NCBI GenBank assembly: GCA_001802945.1
Contig: MHAK01000016.1
Coordinates: 6,803 to 70,802 of the forward strand
From: Ignavibacteria bacterium RIFCSPLOWO2_12_FULL_56_21
GTDB taxonomy: Bacteria; Bacteroidota; Ignavibacteria; UBA10030
DNA: 64,000 bases
Direction of reading: 5' to 3'
Shown here: in pieces, positions 34,685-45,273 of the stretch
How positions within the stretch are numbered: position 1 is the stretch's first letter
Layout: every line of letters begins with the position of its first letter
The notes under the pieces: generated by a model
What the model was told of the DNA's origin: nothing
Database searches by the model: none
Seen by the model: the letters and a program-made list of their open reading frames with translations, nothing else
Made by a program: the position numbers and the translations under genes

Positions 34685-36424
34685 TTGAAAACTTCTACAG
34701 TCATGCTCCTTCTTAGTTCACTTTGTACAACATTCGCCTTAGCTCAAAACTGCGGCAATCGACCTACTGCCGGCGGTACAACGTCCGTATGCTATGGATA
34801 CGCCATTTCCCGGGCATTTGGATATACGGGTTCTACCGCTGTTAACTATCGGCCCATGACGACGTGGGTCTCGTCCGAGCACTTCAAGTGGAATCCGGGG
34901 ACAAACTTCCAAGAGGGTGATATCGTGCAGTGGGGTCCGGCTACTGCAAATTCGGAGATTGGCCTCTCCGCGGCCAACGCCCATGCCGCTTTCGTTGTGC
35001 AAATTAACGGTGTTGCAAATACTCCTGACGGGGCTCGCGAAATGGGATTCGCCGGAACGGTCCGAGATGAAGATCCCGTTTCACAGTGGAGCAATGTCAT
35101 ACTCGCGGAGGTGTATGGTGAAGGTGGAGGTGAAACATCCAGCATCACAATGAGTGCCTCCAATATTAGAGAAGAAGTCAGGTCATACGTGTACAAGGGG
35201 TTCTGGCGTTTGAGGGACGAGTATAAGTGTGCTTTGACTTTTTCGAATAGTTTTGGCTCCGGAGTGATTTACGTCGGCAAGGACGATGAGGGGAAGTACT
35301 TAAACCACGAATCCGGCTACACAGAGAGAGCGACCTACAATGCCACGATACCAGCCAAAGCAGAGCTGTCACATTCAGTAGGTGCAACTAAGTGGACTTT
35401 TGACAATCGGTGGTGGAAGAATGGTCAGAACAATTTTACAACTCAAGCAATCAGCATAGTTGTTGACCAATACAATGCCGAATGGTCTGCAAGATACACC
35501 TCTGGGGGATCGCCGAGCTCGCTGGTGTATTTTGAAAACCAGTCTGATAATCTTCCAATCAACTCAATCATTCGCGTCAACGACGAGGATAAGATTTCAA
35601 AGACGCCAGGCTACACGCCAGGTGCAGTGTCAGCCACAGCGTATCAAACTCTGCTTGTGGACCGGGTTCATTATACATTTTCACAATGGTCGACGGGAAG
35701 CACGAACTTGTCGATTTCCCCCACCTCTGCAGGGACTTACATTGCACACTACACCTTCGACTATGTTCTTCCTCCGGCCGACTTAAATACGTACAGTACT
35801 GCGGTAGGCAGTGCCTTCCACCTCAAATGGCGAAAAGTCTCCAACGCTTATCAATACGTCGATACCATTGAAGTTTGGAGGAAAGTGAAGGATGTGCACG
35901 CAGCCATGATCATCGCCCGAAGGTCGCCAACTGCCACGGAGTACACCGATCACGACTACTCCCTCACCTCGGGTTATACGGACAACCTCATCGATTACGA
36001 CGTTCGATTGCGGTACAAGACGCCTGCTCGAACCGTCACCTCGTCGGCGAATTGGCTGACGGTGTTCGGCACGGAGTTGGCGGAACCCCGCCGTGATGAA
36101 CCCGAGGTTCTCGTGTCGTCTTCCACGCCGAAGGAGTTTACTATTGCCGCCTTTCCTAATCCATTCAATCCACGCACAAGTGTGACGTACACCATTCCGG
36201 AACCCTCTTACGTTGAGGTCAATCTGTACGATCTGTCCGGCCGGTTAGTGAACAACCTTGTGAACTCCGACAAAGGCCCAGGTTCTCACACCATATCATG
36301 GGATGCGACGGGACAGGCGGGCGAAAAACTGGCTTCAGGTGTGTATATTCTTCAGATCGCCGTCCATCCGAACAACGGATCGTCGGCATTCAACGTGTCA
36401 ATGAAACTGCTCCTAGCCAAGTAG
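34685..36424 (+). CDS. secreted protein with T9SS C-terminal sorting domain; possible N-terminal CHAP/NlpC-like domain and Fn3-like module
   Basis: Signal peptide KTSTVMLLLSSLCTTFALAQN. C-terminal FPNPFNPRTSVTYTIPEPSYVEVNLYDLSGRLV ... GVYILQI is a typical Por/T9SS CTD. The SVCYGY ... GDIVQW ... NAHAAFVV pattern is only suggestive of CHAP. TTG 34685 is preferred to 34625. Confidence 0.75.
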   Translation: MKTSTVMLLLSSLCTTFALAQNCGNRPTAGGTTSVCYGYAISRAFGYTGSTAVNYRPMTTWVSSEHFKWNPGTNFQEGDIVQWGPATANSEIGLSAANAHAAFVVQINGVANTPDGAREMGFAGTVRDEDPVSQWSNVILAEVYGEGGGETSSITMSASNIREEVRSYVYKGFWRLRDEYKCALTFSNSFGSGVIYVGKDDEGKYLNHESGYTERATYNATIPAKAELSHSVGATKWTFDNRWWKNGQNNFTTQAISIVVDQYNAEWSARYTSGGSPSSLVYFENQSDNLPINSIIRVNDEDKISKTPGYTPGAVSATAYQTLLVDRVHYTFSQWSTGSTNLSISPTSAGTYIAHYTFDYVLPPADLNTYSTAVGSAFHLKWRKVSNAYQYVDTIEVWRKVKDVHAAMIIARRSPTATEYTDHDYSLTSGYTDNLIDYDVRLRYKTPARTVTSSANWLTVFGTELAEPRRDEPEVLVSSSTPKEFTIAAFPNPFNPRTSVTYTIPEPSYVEVNLYDLSGRLVNNLVNSDKGPGSHTISWDATGQAGEKLASGVYILQIAVHPNNGSSAFNVSMKLLLAK

Positions 36425-36425
36425 C

Positions 36426-37523
36426 ATGGTGACAACATTGCAGATCAATGTGATCCCATTTCTCTTTTGCCTCTGTTGTTGGGTGGGGTGTAAGAAGGAT
36501 CCAATCACCCCACCCGATAGGGTACGCACCCCACACGATTACACCTGGACACGAGACACGTTGGGAGACGGAACATTTCAATCAAGTCCCGAGATGATAT
36601 GGGGTTCATCGGCCAGCGATGTTTACATGGTCGCGTCCTCGAGCGAATTTGGTCAATGGGAGATTTGGCACTTTGACGGCATTCGCTGGACCGACATCAC
36701 GAGCATCTACTTCGAAACATTCCCGGGGCCGCCATGGTATCGGTACTCCCCCATTGATGTAACTGGTTTTGGCCCGAACGATGTATGGATCGTCGGACTA
36801 GCAGATACGATGGAGCAGCCAGCGCCTTTGCGGACAGGGTTCGCACTTCACAAGAAGCCCAATGGTTCCTGGGAGGGTTTTCGCATCCCTGGCGCTTTGA
36901 ATCTCTATGCGGTGGGAGGTGTCTCCTCCACTGATCTTTGGGTCGGCGGATTGTTCGGCCAGATGTTCCACTACGACGGGGCACAATGGCAGGAACATCG
37001 GCTGAGCGATTCAACGCAGATACTCTTCATTAAAGCACAGGGAAGCAACAAGGTAGTAGCTTCCGGGTGGGAGTTTCCCGGTGGTATTGAAGTTGTCAAG
37101 TACTTCGAATGGAACGGGATTGCATGGTCCAAGATTGAAGAGCGTAACGGCGCTACCTTTGGCCCGGAAGCGGGGATCTCATTTGAGTGGCTCAATGGAA
37201 AGATCATAAGCACGAATGGTCCTCATATCAGCGAGCGCGTATCGCCCGGAGTGTGGAAATCCGTTTTCTACAATGCATCGTCAAATCTCATCATTGTCTC
37301 CAACAGCGGCGGCCAAGCGTTTGCTTCCGGCAGAATGACTGATGGAAGTGAAACCATTTATTATTACGATGGAACCCAATGGGGACGAATTGCTGGCTTG
37401 AATGCTCCCAACTCATCTATCTACGAGGGTTGGTCGACGCCGACGGAGACTTTTCTGATCGGCATGGAGGACCAGCCGCAAGGAACGATGTTTCCGAAAA
37501 CGTACGTGATCAGGGGGAAGTAA
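36426..37523 (+). CDS. lipoprotein, probably beta-propeller fold
   Basis: Lipobox FLFCLCCWVGC. Repeated W/G-rich blades (DVYMV, DVWIVG, DLWVGG). It starts 2 nt after the T9SS cargo gene. Confidence 0.55.
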   Translation: MVTTLQINVIPFLFCLCCWVGCKKDPITPPDRVRTPHDYTWTRDTLGDGTFQSSPEMIWGSSASDVYMVASSSEFGQWEIWHFDGIRWTDITSIYFETFPGPPWYRYSPIDVTGFGPNDVWIVGLADTMEQPAPLRTGFALHKKPNGSWEGFRIPGALNLYAVGGVSSTDLWVGGLFGQMFHYDGAQWQEHRLSDSTQILFIKAQGSNKVVASGWEFPGGIEVVKYFEWNGIAWSKIEERNGATFGPEAGISFEWLNGKIISTNGPHISERVSPGVWKSVFYNASSNLIIVSNSGGQAFASGRMTDGSETIYYYDGTQWGRIAGLNAPNSSIYEGWSTPTETFLIGMEDQPQGTMFPKTYVIRGK

Positions 37524-37658
37524 GTTGGTTAATTCATCGCACACCGCTTTCTCGGCACTCTGAACTTGTCCTGAGCGAGTCGGCAGAAGGCGGATGAGTC
37601 GAAGGACTCATTACTCTCTACTGTCAAGAGCTCTACGCTCGTAGCAAAGGAGGCGATT

Positions 37659-38162
37659 ATGAAGCCCGCTATCAAACGAGTCATCGTCCCCACAGATTTC
37701 TCCGACATTTCCCTGGAGGCCGTGAACTACGGAGAGTCGTTTGCGGAAATGTACGGGGCAGATCTCGTGCTGCTGCATGTCGTCGATGAAGCGCCCCTCC
37801 TGGCGTTCCACACCATGGAGCTGACTGCCGATTTTGTGCTGGAAGACACCACGCAGCAGGCAGAACGCCGGCTCGATCAATTCGTCAAGCAGCACGATAT
37901 CCGCAATCGATATGGGTTGACCCTCGTCGTCCGCCGCGGGAGTCCGGCAGTAGAGATCTCGAAATACGCGAAGGAGGCAAGTGCCGACCTTATCGTGATG
38001 GCCACGCACGGCCGGTCGGGATTGTCACATGTGGTGCTGGGAAGCGTGGCCGAAAAGACGGTTCAGCTCTCTGATGTCCCGGTGTTGACGATCAAACCCC
38101 TCAAGTTCAAACACGGGCATGCGATTGCAGGTTATTCGGAGGAACAATTCCACGATCATTAA
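37659..38162 (+). CDS. universal stress protein (UspA family)
   Basis: 167 aa. IKRVIVPTDFS, LLHVV, DLIVMATHGRSGLSHVVLGSVAEKTV. Confidence 0.9.
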   Translation: MKPAIKRVIVPTDFSDISLEAVNYGESFAEMYGADLVLLHVVDEAPLLAFHTMELTADFVLEDTTQQAERRLDQFVKQHDIRNRYGLTLVVRRGSPAVEISKYAKEASADLIVMATHGRSGLSHVVLGSVAEKTVQLSDVPVLTIKPLKFKHGHAIAGYSEEQFHDH

Positions 38163-38194
38163 TGGAGCGTGTCGGGGGCACACGTAAGAAATTG

Positions 38195-38270
38195 ACCGCG
38201 AATGTACGCTAATAAGCGCGAATGGTATTACATAGCAAAATAATTCGCGTCAATTCGCGTTCATTCGCGG
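38195..38270. repeat. family A hairpin
   Basis: ACCGCGAATGTACGCTAATAAGCGCGAATGG ... AATTCGCGTCAATTCGCGTTCATTCGCGG. Confidence 0.7.
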
Positions 38271-38330
38271 CTGACATCAGTCGCGTCTTTGTCATCATTG
38301 CGCAGGATGGTGATGAGCGGTGTTTTCATT

Positions 38331-38365
38331 GAGGCCCTCCTTGTCTGAGGGCCTTTGTATTTCTC
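38331..38365 (+). terminator. intrinsic-terminator-like hairpin
   Basis: GAGGCCCTC, loop cttgtct, GAGGGCCTT, followed by the T-rich TGTATTTCTC. It lies downstream of usp and the family A repeat. Confidence 0.5.
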
Positions 38366-38499
38366 AAATATGAGATGGAAAGGCAGGTGATTGCAGGAAA
38401 CGTTCCTATTCTTGAGATTTCAGCATAGCGACCCGCAGAATTCGTTCAAATTGAGGGGCGATCAACTGACATGACGTGGAGGCATAGGAATTGCGAAGA

Positions 38500-41400
38500 A
38501 TGACCTCACACGTTTGGAGTTGGTCGACGATGGAATCGGACAACAGATCACAGTTTCTCTTCTTCAGAATCATCGCGCTTGCTATCCTGGGATCCGTCCT
38601 TACTCTTGCGGCAGTTCTCTATCTCTATCAGGAAGAAAATGAGATCCTCGAAGAGACCCGCGTTCGTTTGGCCGCTTCGGGGGAATTCAAGGAGCATCAA
38701 GTCGCCACATGGCGTGAAGGCCTGCTGGATGCAACCACAAAATTCGCAGATAACGCACGCTTACAGAGCATAGTCAAGGATTTTATCCTCCACCCGACAC
38801 CCGGAGACAGACTCAGGCTCGGCGCTTGGCTCGATCAGTTGTACCGGCTGAAAGTTCTTTCCGGGATTGAACTCTTCGACGCTTCAGGAAAGGTCCTTTT
38901 CGCCTTCAATGGCGTGGATGTTGGACCTCGTACTTCTGTGCCTGCAGCCCCGACATTTTCCGGCCCATTCTTCTCCCGTACCTCTCCCGACGCAGTGGAG
39001 TTTGAAGTCTGTATTCCCCTGCGCAATGACCCCACGGCCTTGCCGTACGGAACCATGCTGTGCCGTGTTGACCCCGCACAAGAGCTCTTTCCATTGCTTC
39101 AATGGGATCCCGGCCGGGAAGTCACCGTCGAATCAGCACTCATGGTCCGACAGGATTCCATGGTTGCTGCAATCTCGGAATTTCGCCATGACAAGAACAG
39201 TCCTCTCCGATGGCGTCGTCCGATCTCTACGCCGAATCTCCCGGCTGAAATGGCGGCTCGCGGTGAACGCGGGATCGTCGAAGGGGTCGATTATCGAGGC
39301 CAACGGGTCATGGCCGACGTTCGGGTCGTCCGGGGGACGGAATGGCTGTTGTTGACGAAGATCGATCTCGAAGAAGCACTGAAGCCGATGTTTGTCCAAC
39401 GGTGGATTGCAGCCGGCATTGCGATTGCCATGTTTCTTGTTGTCAGCAACGTGCTGGGACTCGCCTGGATCATTCAGGATCGAGGACAGCGGAAGCTTCT
39501 CGAGCGGTATGAGAGGAAGGGAAAAATCCTTGCAGCTCATTATGCCGTTTTGACGAAAAATGCCAATGACAGCATCCTGTTGTTCTGGGACAGCGGCCAG
39601 ATCCTGGATGTGAACGATCGGGCCGTCGAATCGTACGGTTATTCACGAGAAGAGTTGCTGTTAATGAATGTCACTGATGTTCGATCGCCGGAGGCACGAC
39701 CGTTTATCGAAGGCCAGCTGCAACAAGCCTACACGTCGGGCGGAGCCGTATTTGAAACGACGCACATGCGGCGCGATGGAACGTCGTTTCCCGTGGAAGT
39801 GAGTGCGCGAGCTATTCTGCTTGACGGTGGGCGCGTCATGCAATGTCACATCCGAGATATCTCTGAGCGGAAAGCGTCGGAGAATCGCATACGAGTCCTC
39901 ACGCGTCTGCATCACCTGCATTCGGCTGTGAACCAGCTCATTATCCGGGAAGAGAAACTGCAATCCCTCGTCGCACGGGCGTCACAGATCGCGGTGGATG
40001 AGGGGGAGTTCATGTTCGCATGGATCGGTAGATACGACGAAGCACAAGGTCTCATACATCCGGAAGCCGTCTATGGCAAGTCCGGTTCACTTCCCGACTT
40101 GAAGACGATTGACGTGCATGATGAAGGTCAATCTTTGGGTCCGGTGGTCCGAGCTCTCCGCACACAAAGTTCAGTTATTAAGAATGATCTCGTTCCATCG
40201 GAGCCCATAAACGCGCCGTGGCGGGAACGCTCCTACCGTACAGGAATTCAGGCGATCGCTGCGTTCCCGTTGATCGTTGACGGTGCGATGTGGGGAGTAT
40301 TGAGCTTGTACGTCGGCCATGCCGGCTTCTTTGACAGCGATGAGGTCAACCTCTTGGAAGAGGTCGCGGCTGACATAGCTTTTGCGATCGGTGTTATTGC
40401 CGTACGTGATCGTGGGAAGAAACTCGCACTGTTGCACGAAGAGCTGGAGTCGGAGCGTTCTCTGCTGTTGAAACGACTCGAGCTGCAATTCGACAGCATG
40501 CCCGTGGGATGTATAGTTTCCGATCCGGCGCTCCGGGTCATGCAATGGAATGGCGCTGCGGAACGGATCTTTGGCTACAAGGAGAAAGAGGCCGTCGGAA
40601 GGGACATGATCGAATACATCGCTCACGAGTCGATCCGTCAGTCGCTGCAACGTCGGGTTCGGCAAGTCTTGAGTGAGCGCAGGCCCTTCGTCACCATCGG
40701 GGAAGGCATCACGAAATCCGGGACACGGGTCCTCTGTCGATGGACCGTCGTTCCCCTGAGGAGTGACGCTGGCGTGGATATCGGCACGATGGCCATGGCC
40801 GAGGATGTTTCGGACAAATTCGCGATGGAACAGGCACTCGAGCGCGAGACCGGAAAGCTGCGACGCGCGCAGGAACTTGCCAGAGTGGGAGATTGGACAT
40901 GGAACCTGCAAACGAGTCATCTTTCCTGTTCGGACGAACTCTGCGCAATGGTCGGAGTTCCGCAGGCAAAGAACGGTGAAAACCTCGCTCGCGCGTACCT
41001 TCGAAACGTACGCCCAGAGGACGTGCGCCGTTTGCTGATGGCCAACGCGAGAGCTGTGTCGCACGGGAAGGTCGCCCCGCTGCAATTCCGCATCATCAGG
41101 CCCGATGGCAGCGAACGCGTCTTGTGGGTGGAGCACGATAAGTTGGTTCGCGATAAGGATGGGCGGCCTTCGTTGATGACGGGAATCGCACAGGATATCA
41201 CCGAACGGGCGATCGCCGAACAACAACTCGTACTCAAAGACCGGGCGCTCGAAGCAGCTGCAAATGGCATTGTTATTACCGACGCCACAGGACATATATC
41301 ATGGGTGAATCAGGCTTTTACAAAGCTCACCGGATACTCGGCCGAAGACGTCATCGGCAGAACACCCGCACTCCTGAAATCAGGGAGACAGAGCGAAGAG

Positions 41401-42759
41401 TTTTACGGTGAGTTGTGGAGAACCATTCTTTCCGGACATTCATGGATGGGGCAGCTAGTCAACCGGCGCAAGGATGGTTCTTTGTATACGGAGGAAATGA
41501 CGATCACTCCCGTGCGAAACTCCGACGGCGCGGTGACACATTATGTCGCTATCAAGCAGGACATTACGGAACGACTGAGCCTGCAACGGGAATTGTCTCA
41601 GGCACAGAAGATGGAAGGGTTGGGAACGCTCGCCGGAGGCATTGCGCACGATTTCAACAATATTCTCGGCATCATCCTGGCACATACGTCTCTCTTCCCC
41701 ATTATGTCGTCGGACCCGGTCAAACAGGATCAAAGCATCGCAGCCATCACAAAGGCGGTGCAGCGGGGAAGCTCGCTGGTGCGTCAGATTCTTCTGTTCG
41801 CCCGGAAAACGGAGGCCGCAATCCATCCTGAACCGGTGAATGAGATCATCCGTGAATTGCGCCGCATGCTGGTGGAGACATTCCCGAAAACGATCCTGAT
41901 CGAGGAACGGTTGACGGAAGAACTTCCCCCAGTGGCAGCCGACCGGACACAGATTCACCAGGTACTCCTGAATCTCTGCGTCAATGCACGGGACGCTATG
42001 GAAGAAGGAGGTACGCTGACGATCTCAACGAAGATGGTGGAAGAATTGGAAGTCAGGATGAGATTCCATGAAGCAAGCGGCGCCTATGTTCGCGTGGATG
42101 TGTGCGACACCGGTTCGGGCATCGATGCAGAGATCGTAAGCCGGATCTTTGAGCCTTTTTTCACGACCAAAGGACCGGGAAAAGGGACCGGACTCGGGCT
42201 TTCTCTGGTGTACAGCATCGTGCAGGGACACAAGGGATTCGTCGACGTGGAAAGCGCTCCCGGCATCGGCACGCAATTCCACGTATATCTTCCGGTCCAG
42301 TCTGCAAGCATGGTCCAGAGGTCCGAAGAAGACGGGGTCGACGCTGCAATTCTTGGAGGCTCTGAGCGAGTCCTGCTGGTGGAAGACGAGGATCTTCTCC
42401 GTGCCGTCATGGCGAATGCGCTGCGTCAACATGGTTACTCCGTTCTCGAGGCTTCGGACGGAGAAGAAGCGCTGGAGGTGTTCGGTGAGTCGGGAAAAGA
42501 TATCGACCTGGTTCTTTCGGACATCGGATTGCCGAAGCTTTCGGGTATCGAACTCTTCCGCAGACTCAAAGAGCGTTCTCCCGGACTTGTCGAGATCCTT
42601 GCAACAGGATATATCGAACCGGAAGATCGGTCGCGGCTTCTGGGCGAAGGAGTGAAAGCGTTCATCGAAAAGCCGTACGAGATCTCCAAAGTACTGAGTG
42701 CCGTCCGTTCAATTCTGGATTTTGAAGCCCGCACCGAAAAGGTCCCGCAGCCGATGTAG
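38500..42759 (+). CDS. hybrid sensor histidine kinase (TM sensor region, multiple PAS, GAF, HisKA, HATPase, C-terminal receiver)
   Basis: About 1420 aa. It has several PAS-like blocks (for example DGTSFPVEVSA, DGSLYTEEMTITPV). H-box GGIAHDFNNIL; NLCVNARDAM, DTGSGI, GTGLGLS. Receiver VLLVEDEDLL ... LVLSDIGLPKLSG ... EKP. Confidence 0.9.
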   Translation: MTSHVWSWSTMESDNRSQFLFFRIIALAILGSVLTLAAVLYLYQEENEILEETRVRLAASGEFKEHQVATWREGLLDATTKFADNARLQSIVKDFILHPTPGDRLRLGAWLDQLYRLKVLSGIELFDASGKVLFAFNGVDVGPRTSVPAAPTFSGPFFSRTSPDAVEFEVCIPLRNDPTALPYGTMLCRVDPAQELFPLLQWDPGREVTVESALMVRQDSMVAAISEFRHDKNSPLRWRRPISTPNLPAEMAARGERGIVEGVDYRGQRVMADVRVVRGTEWLLLTKIDLEEALKPMFVQRWIAAGIAIAMFLVVSNVLGLAWIIQDRGQRKLLERYERKGKILAAHYAVLTKNANDSILLFWDSGQILDVNDRAVESYGYSREELLLMNVTDVRSPEARPFIEGQLQQAYTSGGAVFETTHMRRDGTSFPVEVSARAILLDGGRVMQCHIRDISERKASENRIRVLTRLHHLHSAVNQLIIREEKLQSLVARASQIAVDEGEFMFAWIGRYDEAQGLIHPEAVYGKSGSLPDLKTIDVHDEGQSLGPVVRALRTQSSVIKNDLVPSEPINAPWRERSYRTGIQAIAAFPLIVDGAMWGVLSLYVGHAGFFDSDEVNLLEEVAADIAFAIGVIAVRDRGKKLALLHEELESERSLLLKRLELQFDSMPVGCIVSDPALRVMQWNGAAERIFGYKEKEAVGRDMIEYIAHESIRQSLQRRVRQVLSERRPFVTIGEGITKSGTRVLCRWTVVPLRSDAGVDIGTMAMAEDVSDKFAMEQALERETGKLRRAQELARVGDWTWNLQTSHLSCSDELCAMVGVPQAKNGENLARAYLRNVRPEDVRRLLMANARAVSHGKVAPLQFRIIRPDGSERVLWVEHDKLVRDKDGRPSLMTGIAQDITERAIAEQQLVLKDRALEAAANGIVITDATGHISWVNQAFTKLTGYSAEDVIGRTPALLKSGRQSEEFYGELWRTILSGHSWMGQLVNRRKDGSLYTEEMTITPVRNSDGAVTHYVAIKQDITERLSLQRELSQAQKMEGLGTLAGGIAHDFNNILGIILAHTSLFPIMSSDPVKQDQSIAAITKAVQRGSSLVRQILLFARKTEAAIHPEPVNEIIRELRRMLVETFPKTILIEERLTEELPPVAADRTQIHQVLLNLCVNARDAMEEGGTLTISTKMVEELEVRMRFHEASGAYVRVDVCDTGSGIDAEIVSRIFEPFFTTKGPGKGTGLGLSLVYSIVQGHKGFVDVESAPGIGTQFHVYLPVQSASMVQRSEEDGVDAAILGGSERVLLVEDEDLLRAVMANALRQHGYSVLEASDGEEALEVFGESGKDIDLVLSDIGLPKLSGIELFRRLKERSPGLVEILATGYIEPEDRSRLLGEGVKAFIEKPYEISKVLSAVRSILDFEARTEKVPQPM

Positions 42760-42975
42760 GGGAGCACGTCGACTGATCCGCGGACCGGTCTTCTGATCAT
42801 CTTACGCACCACGCTTCGCATTCCCACCCTTGCGAACATCCCAGTTTTGCGCTCGGTTTTCATTCGAATATCCCACAAACTGCACGGCACACGGTTTGAG
42901 ACATTGGAGCAGTATGCGGGATTTCGCAAAAATGACATCGATACAAAAATCACTCCGCGGCCCGGAGATGTCCAT

Positions 42976-43044
42976 AACCGCACATGGACGCTACTACATG
43001 CTTCCGCAAACACAATTCGCGTGTATTCGTGTTCATTAGCGGTT
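42976..43044. repeat. degenerate family A repeat
   Basis: AACCGCACATGGACGCTACTAC ... AATTCGCGTGTATTCGTGTTCATTAGCGGTT, located 39 nt upstream of the first cytochrome gene. Confidence 0.5.
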
Positions 43045-43082
43045 TGAATTTATCATAGCCCTACGAAGGCTTCACCATTCCG

Positions 43083-45272
43083 ATGAACATGTCTTTTCGA
43101 ATTTTTGAGTTTCACTCGATGTGCCACGTACACTTCTTCGTTCTTCTTACATTCGCAACGCTTGCTGCTCAAGCACAAACACGTGACGACTGTCTCGCGT
43201 GCCACAGCGACGAATCACTGACTACCGACCGACAAGGAAAACAGGTTTCGCTCCACGTCGATGACGCCGTCTTCAAGGGCTCGCCGCACGCTAAACTTGC
43301 CTGCATTGCGTGTCACACCGGTTTCGATCCCGGGAATCTCCCGCACAAAGATAAGATCACGCCGGTCAATTGTGTGACCTGTCACCGCAATGCCCCGCCG
43401 AAACACCCGTTCCATCCCCAGATGGCGAGGGTCACCGGACGCGAAGACTCTGACGACGTCAACTGTAAGTCGTGCCACGGTACACATAATGTGAAACGCA
43501 CCAGCGATCCCACGTCACCGGTGCATGGGCCCGCGATGGTGGAATTGTGCAGTACGTGCCACGGAGATGTCAGGGAGGCGTTAGCGTTGTCCGCCCATGG
43601 GAAGGCGCTGGCCGCCAATGTCAAAGGGGCGCCGACATGCGCCCAGTGTCACCGGAGCAAGATCGTATTGGGTTCGCAGGACAGCTCCGCCACGAAGCTG
43701 TCGCAGGAGAGACTCTGCCTTTCTTGCCACCTTGACAATCCCGACGTGCGGGCAAGAATGTCCCCGAGCGCGGGGTTTATCGCCGCGTACGGGACGAGCG
43801 TTCACGGCACGGCGCTGCAAAACGGCAACGGCAAGGCGGCAAACTGTGTGAATTGCCACGGCAGTCACGAGATGATGCGGGCGACGGAATCCGGCTCGAC
43901 CGTCAGTAAAGTCCACATACCCGAAACGTGTGCACAGTGCCATCCCTCCGAGGCGAAAGACTACGGCGAGAGCGTCCATGCGGTCGCTGCCAAACGGGGC
44001 GTCAAGGACGCTCCGGTATGCACCGATTGCCATGGCGAGCACAATATTTTAGCTCCTTCCAACCCGGAGTCGCGCGTGGCACCGGGGAATGTCTCTGCAC
44101 AGGTGTGTTCACCATGCCACAGCTCGGTGAAGCTTGCCGAAAAGTACGGCATTGCTAGCGACCGGTTTCAGACCTTTTCTGACAGTTACCACGGTCTCGC
44201 CGTCAAGGCCGGCTCGGTTGAAGTCGCAAATTGCGCGAGCTGCCATGGGGCGCATGAGATCCGGTCGTCACGAGATTCGCTGTCGTCGGTCTCAAAGTCG
44301 AACCTCGCAACGACCTGCGGCAAATGCCATCCGGGCGCAAACGACCGGTTTGGCGTAGGGTCCGTCCATATCACGATGGACGTCGAACAGGAGCCGATCC
44401 TCTACTGGGTGTCGACTGGATACATCATTCTCATCATCGTGACGATTGGAGGAATGTTCGTCCACAATATGCTTGACTTCGTCCGGAAATCGCGCCGCAA
44501 GCTCATGGTCCGGCGCGGCCTTATCGTGGAAGAACGGCTCGCACACCGGTTGTATGTCCGCATGACGTTGAGCGAGCGGCTCCAACACGCAACGCTCCTC
44601 GTGAGCTTCATCACGCTCGTCATGACGGGATTCGCTCTTAAATTTCCGGAAGCATGGTGGGTGGCATGGGTGAAGGACTTTAGCCCGCTCATGTTCGATA
44701 TCCGCGGGATCGCGCACCGGGTGGCGGCCGTGGTCATGGTCGGTGCGAGCGTCTATCATGTCTACTATCTCATCGCGGTGCCAAGAGGCCGCGAACTGTT
44801 CCGCGATCTGCTTCCTGTACGAAAGGACCTTACGGACGCGGTCGGAGTTTTCAAGTATAACCTTGGGTTTTCGCCGGAGAAACCGCAGTTCGGCCGGTTC
44901 AGCTACATCGAAAAGAGCGAGTACTGGGCGCTCGTCTGGGGTACCGTCGTCATGGGTGCTACCGGGGTCATTCTCTGGTTCGACAATACGTTCATGGGTC
45001 TGCTCACGAAGCTCGGATGGGATGTGGCGCGCAGCATCCACTACTATGAAGCCTGGCTCGCGACGCTCGCGATCATCGTTTGGCACTTCTATTTTGTCAT
45101 CTTCAATCCCGACATCTATCCGATCAATCTTGCCTTCTGGAAGGGGACCTTGACAGAAGAAGAAATGGCGGAAGAGCATCCCCTTGAGCTCGAAGAGATC
45201 CACCGCCGCGAATTGGTTGAGGACCTCAATGGTCCGAATGTCCATGATGCAACGAAGACACACAGGGGCTAA
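43083..45272 (+). CDS. fusion of a 13-heme periplasmic cytochrome c domain and a multi-TM b-type cytochrome domain (CbcL-like architecture)
   Basis: Signal peptide, then 13 CXXCH motifs counted. The C-terminal ~300 aa has 5 hydrophobic helices with conserved His (RLQHATLLV, AHRVAAVVMVGASVYH, IIVWHFY), as in FdnI/HydC/PhsC-type cytochrome b. Confidence 0.85.
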   Translation: MNMSFRIFEFHSMCHVHFFVLLTFATLAAQAQTRDDCLACHSDESLTTDRQGKQVSLHVDDAVFKGSPHAKLACIACHTGFDPGNLPHKDKITPVNCVTCHRNAPPKHPFHPQMARVTGREDSDDVNCKSCHGTHNVKRTSDPTSPVHGPAMVELCSTCHGDVREALALSAHGKALAANVKGAPTCAQCHRSKIVLGSQDSSATKLSQERLCLSCHLDNPDVRARMSPSAGFIAAYGTSVHGTALQNGNGKAANCVNCHGSHEMMRATESGSTVSKVHIPETCAQCHPSEAKDYGESVHAVAAKRGVKDAPVCTDCHGEHNILAPSNPESRVAPGNVSAQVCSPCHSSVKLAEKYGIASDRFQTFSDSYHGLAVKAGSVEVANCASCHGAHEIRSSRDSLSSVSKSNLATTCGKCHPGANDRFGVGSVHITMDVEQEPILYWVSTGYIILIIVTIGGMFVHNMLDFVRKSRRKLMVRRGLIVEERLAHRLYVRMTLSERLQHATLLVSFITLVMTGFALKFPEAWWVAWVKDFSPLMFDIRGIAHRVAAVVMVGASVYHVYYLIAVPRGRELFRDLLPVRKDLTDAVGVFKYNLGFSPEKPQFGRFSYIEKSEYWALVWGTVVMGATGVILWFDNTFMGLLTKLGWDVARSIHYYEAWLATLAIIVWHFYFVIFNPDIYPINLAFWKGTLTEEEMAEEHPLELEEIHRRELVEDLNGPNVHDATKTHRG

Positions 45273-45273
45273 G

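Noticed and set aside
45184-45273. N-terminal extensions proposed by the ORF track. They affect 45184, 47184, 54676, 53657, 30745, 26679, 24841, 11472, 20939, 61227, 63305, 18154, 3652 and 1668.
   Set aside because: Most extensions overlap the preceding gene in another frame or run through a repeat. In each case an internal start gives a better model, through an SD, an ATGA/GTGA overlap, a signal peptide or a family-typical N-terminus.
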